Below, piece by piece: positions 12,501 to 27,595 of a stretch of DNA of 64,000 nt (its first letter is position 1; each line of letters opens with the position of its first letter). The position numbers and the translations under genes are program-made. Below the pieces are notes generated by a model. The model saw only the letters and a program-made list of their open reading frames with translations, did no database searches and was not told the DNA's origin. The stretch is from Takakia lepidozioides (Eukaryota; Plantae; Bryophyta): NCBI GenBank assembly GCA_030704615.1, contig CM060731.1, forward strand, positions 18,538,001-18,602,000, read 5' to 3'.

Positions 12501-14996
12501 CGAGAAGACTCTTGGAATTAATCGCCGATGTTGTAACACTCCTGGGAAAACTATTAACTTCAATATGCAGATTGCCGGGCGGGGTGGGGGGGAGACAGCA
12601 ACAGCACTGAATGTAGGCAATGGCACCACACATGCCCTTGTGTACCTAGTCCATCAGAAGAGCTGCTCACACAAGTGCACCAAAGAAAGTGCTGCTTACC
12701 AACAAACTGTGCTCATGTGAACATCAAAATGGATCAATGAAAGCCCTGGACAGAAAAGAAAGTTACCTTTTTCTTCCTATTCTTCCATCCTCAACTTGCG
12801 CATGGACCTGTTCATTTCCTTCTTGACTGTCAGCTGCACACTTGGGTTCACTCTTCTTTTCTTTCTTCTTCTTCTTCTTCTTCGTTGTCGTCTTCTTCTC
12901 AGTTTCTGTCACATGAACATTCTTTGGCTTGTCCTTAAGAGAGGACTCCTCCCCTACTTGCTTGCTCTGATGAGCAAGCTTCTTGCTTCCAACATCCCAA
13001 TCAACTTTTCTCCCACTACCTTTAGCTTTTTCCTTGTTGTCATGCAGTTTGCAAAGAACTCTTTCCTTTCCAATCTCTTCAACATCCACATCTTCCCTCC
13101 CACCATTCACCTCCCACAATGCAGTCGCTCCTACAACATCACCCTGTCTGCGAAAAAATGCAAGTTAATGGCTAATGGTCTACTGCAGCATTCTAGCATC
13201 GTAGAGACATTGCGTTATAATGCTACATGTCCACAAAATTCTGTGAAATAAGCATAAAGGCTAAAGATTACAATAGCACATTCCAATTCTACAGCCTTCA
13301 CACCACCATTTCACATCTACCAAATTGGCATGAGATATCAAGCACCCGCTTATGTGCGACCTGTTCGGCACTCCTCTTAATAGACTTCTTGATCAAGTCC
13401 TTCAACATCGCCATTAACATGGCTCAGCACAGCTAGTACAGAAGTGACAGACACAAATGGGAAGTTAGAATAGCAGGGGAGGAAGATGGGGAGGGCGTAG
13501 TCTACACTTACAGCTTGTCAATAGTATGAGCACGTTTCCGCTTTTTCCCACTTTTTTTGTTGACTCTTGAAGGGCTAAGTACTCTTTCAGTGGCCACCAA
13601 TTTCCATCCAATTGTACTACCCAATAATGGGTCTGTTTCTTCTTCTCCTTCACTTTGATATCCTCCTGTCTCTTTTTCAAACTCATCGAGAGCACGGAGC
13701 TTCACACCACCAAACCGGATGCCATTGGCGTCTTCTTCATCCTCTGCACTTCCACTGTTTGTGACCACTTCCCCTGTCACTGATCCTATGCCACTTATAC
13801 GCTTGACACTGCACATACACATGTAATTATTAATCCTCCATACTATGCTCCTGTATACAAAGACTAGGGCATGCCCTGTTTTTCCCTCAACTGACCTCCT
13901 TACCAATCTCTGACTCACTTCCCTGGTAACCTGGTCGAACAGATAACAGAGCATCTACTCTACGAAACATTTTGAGATATTTCTGCAGAGTAAGAAATAG
14001 AGAGAGGGTGCAAGAGACACCTCACTATGTCGGAGTCTTGAAGTAGATTGGCTGGTTGCCACCGGGGCAGAAAAAAACCACCCATCTGCAAAACCACGGA
14101 GTACTGTGTGAGGTTGTGTTGAGTGTAGAGTTATGCAAATAAACAGCTGACCTTCTCCCTGACAAGCTCAAATCCATGACCTCAGAAAGCAAACTTAGCT
14201 TAAGCCCAGGCACTCCAAGGTAAATTCACTCTTGGAAAAGTCAAGTGAATGCATTTTATGGAGGAGACTGTAAGCAAGGATGGAACTTTTCTTTTCGTCA
14301 GACATGCACTGACAATAATGGTAGTATACATGGATCACAATTCGTCTCCTCTACCAAATCAGAAGTTATTTTTACCAATCTGCACTTGCCTAAGAAATGT
14401 GCTTTCTCACTCTATTCCTCAAAGTTCTCTTGTAGAAGGACTAGACATCAACCTACACATCCATGCCCGACCACTAATACTTTGGTTCACATTTGTGAAC
14501 TACCAATCAGTGAGAACAGACGAAGCATTGACAGACTATAACCGCTCCACGTCAATGCCATTAAGCCCCCCACAGAAATCACAAGGGCGAAAGCATTCCA
14601 AGGCGAACTGCCACGTAAATACTTTCGTGAACACGCCAACCGCGATACCATCAACTTCCAATGTCAAAAACCATGGCACGACCTAATGGGTTCACATTCC
14701 CCAAGAGACAGTTAGCGTGGTTGTGCAGGGATGGATATCAGGCTGCCTCACAAGTAAACAACACAGTATGACTTGCTCTCACAAGGTGCATTCCTCACCT
14801 CAAGGAAGATGCCATGTGGGCAAGATTTATTAAGATTAAAGGCAGAAGTTATGTCGGAATCAATGTCCGATATCGACAGGAGCTCCGGTCGCACCAGGTA
14901 CCAACACTTATCCAGGCCCTGCTCCCTCTGCAGCTTGCTCAGTATGCCCGGCTCCTCGAACCTGAGCTTGATTCTGACTGCCTTAGTACTCCCCAT
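6593..14996 (-). CDS. COIL: Coilin (Cajal body scaffold protein), multi-exon
   Basis: Exon peptides match plant coilin motifs in order: N-terminal VRIKLRFEEPGILSKLQREQGLDKCW...SCPHGIFLE (14996-14800), MGGFFLP (~14085), DEFEKETGGYQSE (~13680), VAPGHLRFEP (~9960), GWGQE (~9030), GDILAYRLVELTQSWTPE (~8690), VGKVS..MVTLVAVPEYP (~8420), and C-terminal LRAGALGPTISLLRASQAL* (6593). Confidence 0.88.
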
Positions 14997-15941
14997 TGAA
15001 CAATCCCCTCACAGACCACACACCCACTTTGCACTCCCAGGTTCCCACCTCACAAATATGAGGAGGTCTTGGTCACCTTGCCCCTCCATCACCATCGCTG
15101 CACAAGAACGATCGTCACAAATTTCTTTAATTCTCTCCTGCTTTCTGTCCCTCCCTCAGAGGAAAATTTGGAACTTAACTCACATCTAATTACAAAAGTA
15201 GGCCCCGCACACCCACATTGCACTCCAAGGTTCCTAACTCACGAGAAATTGAGGTTCTCTGGCAGCACTTGCACCTCCATTGCCATCGCTGCAAGAATGT
15301 TCCAGGGGTTTTGTACCCTAAAACCCTTCTTGTCTATTGTCTGTGAATCCATCCATCCTCGATTTCTGCAGCCCTAATTGTGTCTCCATCTGATTTTGCT
15401 GCCTAATAATCCCATACAGGAAGTTCTATTTTTATATTGCTGCCCCTCCTTAGAGAGGCCTTACTGAGAGCAGACCAGTCATTCTCATCAGTCTCCCCTA
15501 TACCATAAGAGTTTCCTTCTTTTTATGCACTTGCAGTTATATCTGACTGGCATTGAGTGGAGCTTGAGTGGAGCCATGGTGCAAAGGGCCCCTTGCTACT
15601 CCCTGGGTAGAAGGCAAGGCCCTTGGAAAGGACGAGGTTTTCTGTCAATGGTGTTTGGAAATTAGGTAGGAACTTGGTTGTGGAGCCCCATATCTCGACC
15701 TAAGATTTGAACCAAACGTGGTTGGTCATCTGAGCATGGATTCACCATGAGAGCTGTATCAATGGCAGTAGCAAATGTTTCACAGTGCAAAATTGCATTT
15801 TCATCAGTCGAGCTGAGCATTGACTCATCTCATGTGTGTTTGGAAAGAGCTGTGATGTATGAAGACTTTTACAAGACATAATATGCTTCCAGTTTTCACA
15901 GTGCAAAATTGTTTTCTCATTAGTGGATTCTGAGCGGATGC

Positions 15942-18900
15942 CTACAGGTTTTCCATGCCCATCATCTTCATGAGAAATGCATATTCTAACGCAGTTGCCT
16001 TCAGATGCTGGTAAAGACCACCCTCTCCAAAATGACCGGTATTCATGCTGGTTTTCAACAAAACAGGCTTGGATACATTGTTGCCATTGTAGTCCCGAAT
16101 TCTCGCAACCCATTTAGCTGCTTCCCAGAATCCGACTCTGCACAATGTGACATTCCAAGAGCACAATGTTAAGTCACTAACAAACTCCAATTGAGTCAAT
16201 CCACCATAAGACCTGCATATGTTAAGCCATTAACATGATGGGCGTGACTGTTTGCATTGCCTGGAGCTCCAGATAGAGTGTGCAGCTGCATTGCTAAAAA
16301 GATTCGAAGGCATTAATCAGACAAATACCACAACAACATGTTTTGAACCAGGTGGCATGCAAATGCATGGTAAAATGAAGGATAAGTGCAGCTGACATTT
16401 GTATCCTCAACAGTCACCCCAGGTGGACCAAACCTCTGAACGAAGACCCACAACAGCAGGGTAACAGTCCACAGCAAAAACCAAGCAGAGGAAATACCGA
16501 GTATCATTGAAAGATGACATTATGAGCATTGCAGGGTAACAGGTTCCCTTTTGAATGGTGTCGTAAGGTGATAAACTGCGGATGTATGCAAATTCTGAAG
16601 GGTCCTGTGGATCGCCCCACTCCTCATATTCATGTACCGTGAGAGGTAAGTTGGCGTCCAACATTGTATTGCAGATGTCCAGAAATGGAACCTGCTTCAC
16701 AGCTCTCTTCCATGAACATCACCAACCTCCATTCATAGGACAATGATATTGAAATGACAAATGATAGCCATTAGAGTTGTCACTTCTAGGTAATATTTAT
16801 GGATTCTAAACCTATGGATGCACTGGCCATAGGGCAAAAAGACTGCTGATACCTTGTACACCAAGATAGCAAGGTAGGCAGGTTAAATTCCACAAACTGA
16901 GAAGGAAAACAAATAATTGAAGCAGTGTTGCACATGCCTGACTACTTTGAGAGCATGTGCATAAATACCTTGAGAATTACAGCATGAAACAGGTTAGGGC
17001 ACAAATTCATGGCAGCGCCCAACAACAGACCTCCTGCGCTGACACCCAAAGCAGCCAGCCTGCTTGGATGTGCATACTGATGCTCCACCAAGAAGTTAGC
17101 GCACGCAACAAAATCTTGAACTGAATTGTCCTTGTGCATCAGCCTCCCTGCGTGGTGCCATGCCTTGCCCAGTTCTCCACCGCCCCTGCTTTCCAGTCAG
17201 ATCATGTCTCACCCAAATTAAAGCTGCCCTACCTGTAAAGGATGCAGATCACGGTCAGACAAGAAATCAAAGTACTAGGTGATGTACCTGTCACCATTAA
17301 GGTGTGACCCACCAATCACGAGCTATGCAGACTACCATAAATTAGTCTACTTGAGCTAAAGTGTTCATGGTCTTCGGATATTCCACAACTCAGCAAGACT
17401 GAAAGCATGGAGGATGAAGTAAAAACCTTAAAGCTTCAGCATCAGTCTCTCCTATGCTTGGTTACTCACACCTTAATGGTGTAACAGTATCCCCATTACA
17501 CTCGTGTTATTTAGCCCTTCCATGGTTGGAGTCAGGCCCCACAAAAGAAGGTGGCACCAACAGAAAGCATGTCGTGTTCAGTTACTATGCTAAGAATACG
17601 CACAGACTTCAAAGAAAAGACACGTTACAAAAACATGTGTAGACAGATGAATTGTGGGACCGACATGATCAAGAAAGGGAACCAAAAAAGAGGAGGGTAG
17701 GGCTTACCTGACATGAGCAAAGGCTAGGATCCAGCCACGGTCAAGTAGGCTTAATTGATCACTGCACCACTCAGTCTGCAGGACCTGCCCATATGCCCCA
17801 TATCCAACCAGAAGTGCAGGACTGATCCCATTTTTCAGCGAAGTGCGGGCATGCACTACGGTGAGTGGCACTTGCACCCCATCTGCTGAAGACACCATGA
17901 CCCGCTCGCACACATAGCTAGAGGAAAGATCGAACAATTCTCGATTCACATGCTCAAACAAGTCTTTGTTGCCCCAAAACTGTGTGAATTTGTCCCAAAC
18001 TGCCTCTGAAATTAAATTCTCATTCCTCCGCTTGGAAGACTGTAGTGTATCAGGTTTTCTTGCAGATGATAATATTTGCCCTCCAACCTCTTCTTGTTGA
18101 AGAAGGATTGCTCTTCCACTAGCCAGATTAAAATCAAAAACTGCTTCAGGCATCTGATGAAAAGACGAGCCATGGAGTGAGGAAATGCCACTAGTATGAC
18201 CTTGGCAACAACTCAGGAAGTTTCTGTAAAAGGCCAGGAGGACACTCGAAGTCCATTTAAAGACAGCTAGCTAACCTCATCAAAAATTTGTCTGTAGCAG
18301 TGATGCAATCTGCAGAGTTCAAGCTCACTAATAATGGATTAGAGCATGGTATCAGGCCCGAATCTGTATCCACGACACAGCCCAGACTCAAAGCAGGGTG
18401 ATGGTTACAAATAAGCAAAGAGCACTCTCTTAACAAGTACAACAACAAGGCAGTGCATGTCAAGGCAAGTAAATTGCAAAACTTCAGAGGTGAAGACAGA
18501 CCGTAGGTGATGTGACAGCAATCCGAAGAGTTGAAGAGAAGAAGTCTTGATTGGCGCCCGGGGTGACACTGCACACCTGCTGTGGCAATGGCAGTACCCT
18601 CTTTCCTTGCATCTGCATTGTGTGAGCACTCCCATTTTCAAAACTCTTGCATCTTCAACCTGAAGAAAAAGCCAATACCTTCCAGTATATCTTCCACTAC
18701 ACAACAAAGTTCAACTAAGCACTGGAAGATCAGAGTACGTAGCTTCAATACAGTAGCTGACTCTGCCTAGGTGTATGTGCTTGATTGAAATATTGCAGTT
18801 TGTTACAACCTGGCAAACGTAGGGTTGCAGCTATTGGGATCTGAAATTTGACCTCCCCGAAACACTTGTGCTTCGTAACTTATATGTGCTGAAATTACGA

Positions 18901-21900
18901 AGTGCTGTTCAAAGGGGTTCCTGGATTTACTCCTCAACTGTAGGCAAATCCAAAACTTGCACACAAGGCAGCCCTGCCTTCCGCTGGTACAGCACCAAGT
19001 GTTTCTCGAAAACATCCATATCCTCTATCGAGATTCCATCCTCCACCCCCAAGATTTGCTGCAATCACAAAAAAATGAGAGGTTGAGATACTGAAATAAC
19101 ACAATTGCTCAATTGAGCACTGCACTTCAAAGTGCTGACAGTCGTAACATCGAGTTTTGGAAAAATAGCCAACACTCTTGCATTCTCCTCAAAGTAGAGT
19201 TCTGATCCTTACATCCACTGCTCAATGTTCAACAGTTCGTACATTTTCTTCAGAATGCATGGCAACAGTTCCTACTTCAAAGGGCAACCCACTGCCACAA
19301 CTGCATGAATGACACAATTCAGCAAGTTGATGCCTGCAGTTTATCTTTAGCTACCACACTTGTGCAATTTCCCTTTTTAGTCCACTCCTCAGACCCTTGT
19401 CTTTGTCAGATACTTGGGGCTTGTATTTCAGTTCTGTGCTGTCTGAACAGAAGCACACATGCTAAGAGCAATAGGAGTCCACACCACAGTGATGATAGGC
19501 CCAATTTTCTCACAATCATACGGAGTGCCATCTCTCAATCACAGTTCAGGACAAAGCCAGCCTACTGGCAACCTGTTGGCTGCAGGAACAACACACCTGC
19601 CAATTATTTGAGGTCGGTGTCTCCACAGGACAGCGCACCAAGTAATAATCAGGAGCAAGAGCTGAATTGGTGAGGATGTATAGAAAACCCTCATGATGCT
19701 CTACAAAATATTGGATGCCCCCCCTACGCTCCTCCACCCTTTGCAACCCCCTTTGGGGATCTTCTGCATCGACCAAATACACCTGCAAGCCTTCCACACA
19801 AGTACTTGATCCACCTTGTATGATGTGGAATGGTGATCTGAACTGTTGACCATTGTCAGGATGCATGATGTCTGAAGCACAAATTAGTCTCAATATGAAA
19901 CAGTAGTCGACGCACAAAAAGCACACCTAAGCTAATCATCAACTGTTTGAGGTCCATACAAATTACACCACTCTACTACAGCCATACAGCACTCATGTGT
20001 CACCATCAATACTCTCAAAGCTCAGAACATGTAAGTACTGCTGGGTTCTTGGCAAACCCATGTCTGCAGCTGCTAGGTTCCTACCCAATAAACTTGTATT
20101 AGTGTAGGGCCTTCTAATTATGGGTGGACTGCTTCTCAACACCCTGAAACACAGGCAAGCCTCTATTTACTTATACTACAGACCCATAGTGAGGGCATCA
20201 GCACATGGCATGCTGCAACTGGTGCCAGTAAGCCCAACAAGACCACCCAGATTGAAGATGCATCCCACCCCAGGGAAAACCCACTAGTAGCCTTTTCAGA
20301 ACTGGGACACTTCAAATTAAGAGAGTGGCCTTGCCTCTGATGAGGTTTTGGAGTTGATATTAACAGTCACGTAACGCCAATCCTTAGTCCTTGCAACATC
20401 CACAAACCTGCTAGCATCCTTGTCCTCCAAAACCAGCTCATCTCCCTTACTGGAGTTCAAGCCACGACAAAAAACCCTGCCCCATCCACAACCAGCAGAA
20501 GCAAAGCTGTCTGATAGCACCCTTGACTAATGGGGACAACACCGTGGACAGCTAGCTATGCCGCAAGAGCACTGATAGAATCCAATCTACAACCTAGACC
20601 ACCAGGTCAAAGTCCCACAAACTTTTTGCAGCTGGTCAAAATACTAGACAGACAATGTAGGTAATGAATGAACAGACAAATCTGGAAAGTACTTGGAAGG
20701 CCGCATTAAAACGTCGCTGGCGGTATAGAACAGAGAAGGCTCATTGTGCGCCCACTCCACACTAACAATTCCCTCTGTGGTATGCTGAGGCAACACAAGT
20801 CCCGTGGTCAAGTCTTTGACAAATAGAGTAAACTCTTCAGTTCCCTTCACATCCACTGTGTATGCCAACAAATGTTGGTCAGCTGATAGCTTGCACATGC
20901 CCAAATGCACGTAACCTGCAAACCCACCATTCCCTTCATCAACATCTATTCATGCCTCCTCACAGATGTACAGCGAATACATCAGCAACAAAGAACATTG
21001 CATCCAGACCGCTCCTGACTATGCAAAATTTGCTACAAGCAGCTAAAATGGCCAGACTCAAAAAACAGTGAACGTCAACCAGATGTGCTTCTTCAACTCA
21101 CGAAGCCAATAAGCAAAACAGTGCAATGCATGAGAAGAAGAACACGAGGGGAGGGGCGTGCCGTGCCAAACTGTTCAGCGAGAGTATTCTGGTCCAGCAA
21201 CACCTCCTCGTGGCTGCCAAACACCCATGTCTTGAAGCCTGCTCCACCTGCTCGCCTCCTGTAAAACACCGGAAACTCGTTCCCTTCCGGCACACGCGTA
21301 TAGTACCACCTGCCATTCATCAATGCTACAGGTCATTTTCTTAACGTCTTCACAACATGAAAGGCACCGAGAGACACCGCGCAGTTCTCAAACAGCACCA
21401 TCTTGACAAACCCTACTGGCAGATCAATGTCCTCCCTGGGATACAGTGCAGATTCATATGCAGCTCCCAACTTACTGACTTTCCAATTGCTCCAAGAAAC
21501 ACTTCTCCTGTAAAACAGGCTGCCCTGCCCTTCTAAGGATTTTTTAAATTTATTACCACGAGTACCGATAACTCCGCAATGAAGGAGCACAACGGTATCA
21601 TCTTTCGTAACGGATATGTAAATACCAGGAACCCCAACGCTCTGGGGGAGTCGACAGCTCCCTTCCAAGCCTGCTTCCCATTTCCGCCTCCAATTTGTGT
21701 TGCAACGGCAGAGTGTCAGCCAGCACCATGTCCGCATGCCTGTTCTCACAATTGAGATACTTCAGAATAGCTGCATCATTGGAATTTGCCATCCAATTAT
21801 ATGGATCACACCATTTGATGCCATGTGCTTTCCTTGTAAAGGGGCGCTTGGGAGCAATAGGGGGCATGTTGACCTGCTTGAGTGCCATATCTTCACCTGT

Positions 21901-21978
21901 CCCATAGCGCCTGCAACCAATGCTGCCTACGGATTGGGGAGAGCGAAGGAAATATGAGAGAAGGGGCCGCTTGGCCAT
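15942..21978 (-). CDS. Oligopeptidase B / protease II-like prolyl oligopeptidase (family S9A), multi-exon, with probable organellar transit peptide
   Basis: PPIAPKRPF...HGIKWCDPYNWM N-terminus; beta-propeller exons (LAYTVDVKGTEEF); GYGAYG...LLDRGWILAFAHVR; catalytic GVSAGG; LPLTVHEYEEWGDP; FNDTR (Asp); GHFGEGG (His); stop at 15942. Confidence 0.92.
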
Positions 21979-22570
21979 CGCATTATGGAGTACCTCCACC
22001 TTGCCGTCTCATCCTCAGATACGCTTGTGGAGACAAGACGGCACCATGTTGATAGCTGACGGCCGGCACGGATCTTCTCCACACCCAACAAACTTGTCCA
22101 AGCTTCCCAGCAGCGATGGAAGTCTAGGGTTTACGGTTTTATTTTATTTATTGATTGACTCCTCTTTACACTAAAGAGGAGACCACGAAACAGTGTCAAA
22201 AATCGTTAACTCACTGTTGTGGCTTTCCCGGGTGTCACCTCCTCTCCTAAGCTCAAAACTACTTCCACGATGTGCCTTCTCCACATAACACTTCCCTTAG
22301 GTCACATTTTTGTTGGCTCCTCTTTAGAATATTCTAAAGAGGAGACTAAGGTAGGCATCAGTGTCAAAACCTCTCGCTAAGCCCCGGTGTCACCTCCTCT
22401 CCTTTGTTGAAAACTATCTCATGAATTGCCTGGGGGTAGTAACACCTCCTTTAGGTAACATCTCTCTTATTGAACAATTTATGAAGTATAAATGGATGAA
22501 ACTTCAAGTTTATTATGGATGAAAGTAGATTTTGCTATTCACAAAGACGAGCCATACGGGACTACATAGC

Positions 22571-23043
22571 GCCTAAGAATTTTGTGTGGCCTCGTCGTAA
22601 TGAGGCCGCACCATGCAGAGGGGACAGGGACCTGACAGCGGGCCCGCTACATTAAAAGGATCCCTATTCCCCTGTTTCTCTTATATATTGAAAAAAAACA
22701 TCAACTTACTGTTGCCGTGGAGGTTGTGGTCTGGTGGTAGGTCGATGGCAATATGGCTATGCAGTTCTTGAGTTTCATTCCTTGAACATACTTCCGGTGG
22801 ATGGCGTTCACTGTAACTACCTCGGTATGCAACTACTCTCATGCAGGTAGTTCAGCCTGGTTTTGCAACTACCTTCATGTAGAAAATCCTAAAACTACCT
22901 GAATGGAGGTAGTTGTAAAATTCATATGCCAAAGAAATTCGAAGTCCTTGACGCATGAAGGTAGTTTGATCCTATATTAATGAGACAGCCTGACGGTCGT
23001 CTGACCAGCCTCATAACGACGAGGCCACACAAAATTCTGAGCC
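22571..23043. mobile_element. Mutator-like MITE (~470 bp)
   Basis: ~35-bp terminal inverted repeats (gcctaagaattttgtgtggcctcgtcgtaatgagg / cctcataacgacgaggccacacaaaattctgagcc) and a 9-bp target-site duplication CTACATAGC at 22562-22570 and 23044-23052. Confidence 0.85.
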
Positions 23044-25269
23044 CTACATAGCCGCTTGTTAATGAACGAAAAATAAATGGGTGAATGAAAGTAGATTCCA
23101 CTACTCACAAAGAGGAGCCATACAAGACTAGCCCCTTGTTTTCTTCAATAATACCCTTGGATTGAGATTTTATTTGGAATTATGTGAAAAAAAAATTAAA
23201 CCCCAAGCCCATAATAAGGCACCCACCTTAGCGAACATGACCCTTCGGGAGAGGGCTACAAACAAAAGGACAAACGATAAGTGGTAATTAATGGAGAATT
23301 CACTAGGAACAATGTAAGAGCCCAATGGTCCCCAGTGGTCCCAGTGGCCTTAAGCGCCAAGTGGTCCCAGTTGAACTTTTCCAGAAACATTTACCCCCAC
23401 TGTGTAAAATGACAAAAACTCTCAGGAAATAAACAATCTCCAAAAAGTGACCTTGGTACCTACTTACCTCCTGCATGCACATGCCAAATTTCAGGGCAAT
23501 CAGATAAGATGCAACAAAACCCCACCGTTGAAGGTGGGGGCCATCTTTGGGCCCCATTTGCAATAGAAAATAGTTTCTAGGGAGCGTTTTAGAGTTTTGG
23601 GTGAGGGGATGAAGGCAGAATCTGCTGATTCTGCGTCCACATCATTCCTGTGACATCCGTCACCTGTTTTTAGTGGATTTGGCCAAGACTTGTGGTGTTG
23701 ACACTTGGTCAAACATCATTTTTTGTGGATTTTCATGTTTGGTGCTTTCGTGAAGGAATCCAAAGTGGTCAGAAAAATGCGGGAGGTGAAAATGCGAGAG
23801 AGGCGGGAGCTGGCCCCCATCACGCGGCATAACTTTGCACTTACCCAGTGGGTTCTCAATCTGTAAACGGATCTGGGCAGCCCACTTGGCTGCCGAATCT
23901 ACCGCACAAAAATCACGCAATTTGGGCAAAATCTGAAAAAGATATTAACAATTAAATGAACCTAAAAGCCCAATTTGGGCCTGGTGGGTGCTTACGGATT
24001 AATGCACACCTGATTATTTCGGACAGCACAGGGTATAGCACAGCGGTTTGTGGCATGTCAAATCTTCCCCTCCTGCCTCTCGATAGTGACACAAATTGGG
24101 GTTGACACCACTGTTGGTTTGGTATGGTATATTGGAGATATCATGAGGGTCCTAGTAGTATAAAAATTTAGATATGTCCCAAACAAGGGAATGCAATGTT
24201 ATAAAAAAACCCAGATTTTGGTACTTGTAGGGTATCAATAATGCGAGCATTTCATATTTGCAGACCTAGTATCAACAATGGTATGAAAACTTTGATAATC
24301 AACTTCGGGAAAGTATAAAAAAAAATTGTATTTCAAAAGGAAGCACACATTGATTGTAGCATGCAAATTCACACGCTACTCTGGAGAAGCCTAAGTACAT
24401 TATTCTTCATCTCAAATGATAGATGGTGGTGTGCCATGTCCTAAAACTCCAGCACCGATGAAGAGAATAAAAACAGCCAAGTTAGACCGCAAAGGTCAAG
24501 TGGATGCAGAGTAAGCATTGACATCAAACATAAACAACCCTAAACCCTTAAATCTAACTCCAATGTTTGATGCGCATTCTTCATAGATTGGTACAATAGA
24601 ACTATAGTTGGGATATTATAATTCACAAATTTCATAGGTGACAAGTCATCTGTACAATATCCCATATTTTCTTTTCCGTTCATACCAAGTATGTTTAGTA
24701 CCCTAGCAAACTCTATATCCTAAAACCTAATTCCAATGTTTGATGTTTTTTTTTTTTTTTTTCCAGTTTTGTGGTACGAAATAATCGAGTTGGGATATTT
24801 GGTTCAAAGACTTTCTAGGTGAATCTACACTATACTCTTCCACAATATTTGTTTGTCATATGAACCTTTATGAATGATATCTAAATATTTTGAAACATAA
24901 TAATTCCTTGAATGTTTGATTGACATCCAACCTTATTCCAACGTTTCAATCCAGCAATTGAAAACTTGCAATGCATTGGTTCATGGTACTACTACACTTT
25001 AAGCATGGTATGGAAGTTTACTTTTCATTTGTATATTATCTTCTTGAATGTTATGTTTATGTCATATATATCTACCAATTTATTAATAAGACTGAGCCAA
25101 AGAACAAAAAAAAAAAAAAAACAAAAAAACATAGTTCAAAAGCTTACCCTTACTTGTCGTCCTCAAAGAACCCTGCTTCCTCAACCGAGTCCTCATTCTC
25201 GTCAACTAGTATGTCTTCGTCCTCCAAGAAGTCCTTGAACTTTCCTGCTTCAACAAGCTTACAATCAAC

Positions 25270-25810
25270 ACGGACATCACTGGGCCAAGTTTTTGTAAAC
25301 CATTACAAATTTGTCTAGATTATCCATCCCCAGACAACATCGTCTAAGAGCAGACAATACACCTGCCACAGAAAAATTCCTCTCCGTGCTCAATTTGCGA
25401 ACCAGGTATACCAAGAATTTGACGAGCCTGCAAAAACCCAACATTAGGAAACCTTGTCTCACGCTCAAACAGGGCTCAAACCACCATTTCATTGGATCAA
25501 GTTTCTCAACATTGTCAATGGAAAAGCGTCAGAATAAAGAAAGCTCAGCCTTCAATAAGCCTTCGCTGGCCTCTTCAATGGAGGCAGCCATAACAAACAA
25601 TCTATGTGATCAGGGTAGCTCAAGAGTGGGTGGATGCAGAGCTGTGCCGCCTTTAGGGTTCAAGTGCTCAATCACAGTGGTCAACAGTGGCAGCAATACA
25701 ACTGAATCATATTCTTGCACCAGACGTTCAACTGACACCCTACCAATGTAATCAGCAATGCACTGTAAGCTTTTGAAACGTGGATCCAACATTAAGGCGA
25801 CCATGTTATA
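25270..25810 (-). pseudogene. hAT transposase C-terminal remnant (dimerization domain)
   Basis: Across frameshifts: ALMLDPRFKSL, DPMKWW, FPNVGF..ARQILGIPGSQIE, RNFSVAGVLSALRRCCLGMDNLDK. Confidence 0.8.
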
Positions 25811-26432
25811 TTGTGTCTTTATCTCAATGAAATATTTGCAAATGAAAAAAATGGGCGAAGAACCTCTGTGACTTGGCCGATGACCATGCGAGTATAAATT
25901 AGCAACTCTGTCTCTTGCTCAAAGGATCCACATCGCAAGGGTGGCACATGAACCGCCCTTACTTCCACACGACTTCCACAATCTTCCTCATCTTTGTCAT
26001 GATAGCCAAGCCAACTGAGAGGGCATCTGAGAGCTCAGCCAGTAACCACTTCGTTGGTTCAGAATGCATTGGTGCACTACAGGTGCCTGCAAAGTTCCTC
26101 CATGGTTTGGTTATGGCTCATATTGTCCGCCCAATACTGGGAACATTAATCTGCAAGCTCGCAACAAACTGCCATGTGTAGCAGATATTGATGGCATTAG
26201 ACATATGCCAAAGTCTCCTAGAACATAATGACTTTCAAAGCAAATCTTGTCTTGACAAGGGTCCTAAGTTTTCTCTTGGGCAGGCCTGCATCCACACATG
26301 CCTAGTTCAGCTCCCACTCCAACTTGCCTTTATCGTTTTTTATATTCCAAGTGATGGTTTTTGCAAGGTTGTCTAGTGAGCCTCTTTCAAGCTCTCCTCA
26401 TTTTCAGTGGGTACAATCAGGTGCAGATGGCA

Positions 26433-26660
26433 GAGGGACCTGCCACGTTTCAGAGAGTGGTATCTGAGATATTCAAGAGCTATCTCAATGACTTTATGTA
26501 GGTATTCTTAGACAATTTCAGCGTCTTCGGACAGAAATCCAAACACTTGACACAGTTAAAACTCTGCTTACAAGCCTGCAAAGACAATGGAATAAGTCTC
26601 AACCCCGAGAAATGTACATTTTGTGTGAATTCAGGATTACTATTGGGACATCGTGTGCCA
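26433..26660 (+). pseudogene. Ty3/gypsy reverse transcriptase fragment
   Basis: Manual translation: GPATFQRVVSEIFKSYLNDFM*VFLDNFSVFG...GISLNPEKCTF...LLGH (degenerate YxDD region). Confidence 0.8.
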
Positions 26661-26897
26661 ACAAGGAATTTTGGTTGACCCAAAGATTATGGACTTGAAG
26701 CTGTTATTAAGTTTCTCTCTCCTCTGTTGTGGTCATATTAAATTTCTCCTTCAGGTAGTAGTAGGTCTGGTAATACAAGTTCTTGGCTAGTAAAATAAAA
26801 GGTTGGCTAGTACACCCACCTTGTTTCTAGGATCAAGTCCAACTCATGGCCTCAATTGTAGGGCCAATGGTTGCTGCTGATTGGCTTGGTATGGCAG

Positions 26898-27595
26898 GGG
26901 TGGCGTTTATCAACCTGTCACTCGGGTTTCGCTTGAGCAATCGCAATCAGACTATCCTTCAAGGTTTTGCATTTCTTTGTAACTATCAGCATTTGTGCAA
27001 ATACAGCCAGGTGCATACTCTTATCGATTTTCCATCTGGCCCAGCATTTATTACTAGTTTTGTGTTTGTTCTATTCAGCTCTCTTGGTGAAATTCTAACA
27101 TAGAATGACTTCAGTAACCTTGAGACATACCTCGAGGTCGATCTGTGGGAGCCATACCTAGATCGAATGGTTGTTGGTTTTGTTCCCCAGGGTTAATTTG
27201 TTAGGATTGCCCAGCAAGACCTTCAGGTTGGTATGATTACCCCTAGACTTGGTAGTGCTGTTTAGGTTACATTATGCTTAAGTTACAGCAAGGGCCTCCC
27301 AAGGTTTGGCTTTTACTAATAGCTCCATTGGCACTGCAGGAATCAAACTACAATTTAGCCCGAGCACCATGTGGGCCTAGTGCAGCTAGCAGTCAATTAC
27401 TATGAGAAAGTGCTGATCCAGACAGAGAATGACCGCCCCATTTTGAAACTACCCCATGAGAGTACGGGTTTCATACCGGGGAATGAAGAAGCAGAAATAG
27501 AGCAAGCTGCAGCAGGTCAAGGCACGGGCCATTGTGACTTGTGCCGTGCGGCAGCTCATAACTTGCATCTGATTTACAAAAAGACAGGGGCCCTT
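26898..27595 (+). pseudogene. 3' fragment (two exons plus intron) of a TFIIIC TPR subunit (GTF3C3/Tfc4-like) gene
   Basis: GVAFINLSLGFRLSNRNQTILQGFAFL...SQ | ESNYNLARA (frameshift) HVGLVQLAVNYYEKVL...LKLPHE...CDLCRAAAHNLHLIYKKTGA; truncated at a CT microsatellite. Confidence 0.75.

Noticed and set aside
23304-25270. 3' terminal region of the hAT element
   Set aside because: Plausible, but no matching opposite TIR or 8-bp TSD was identified.
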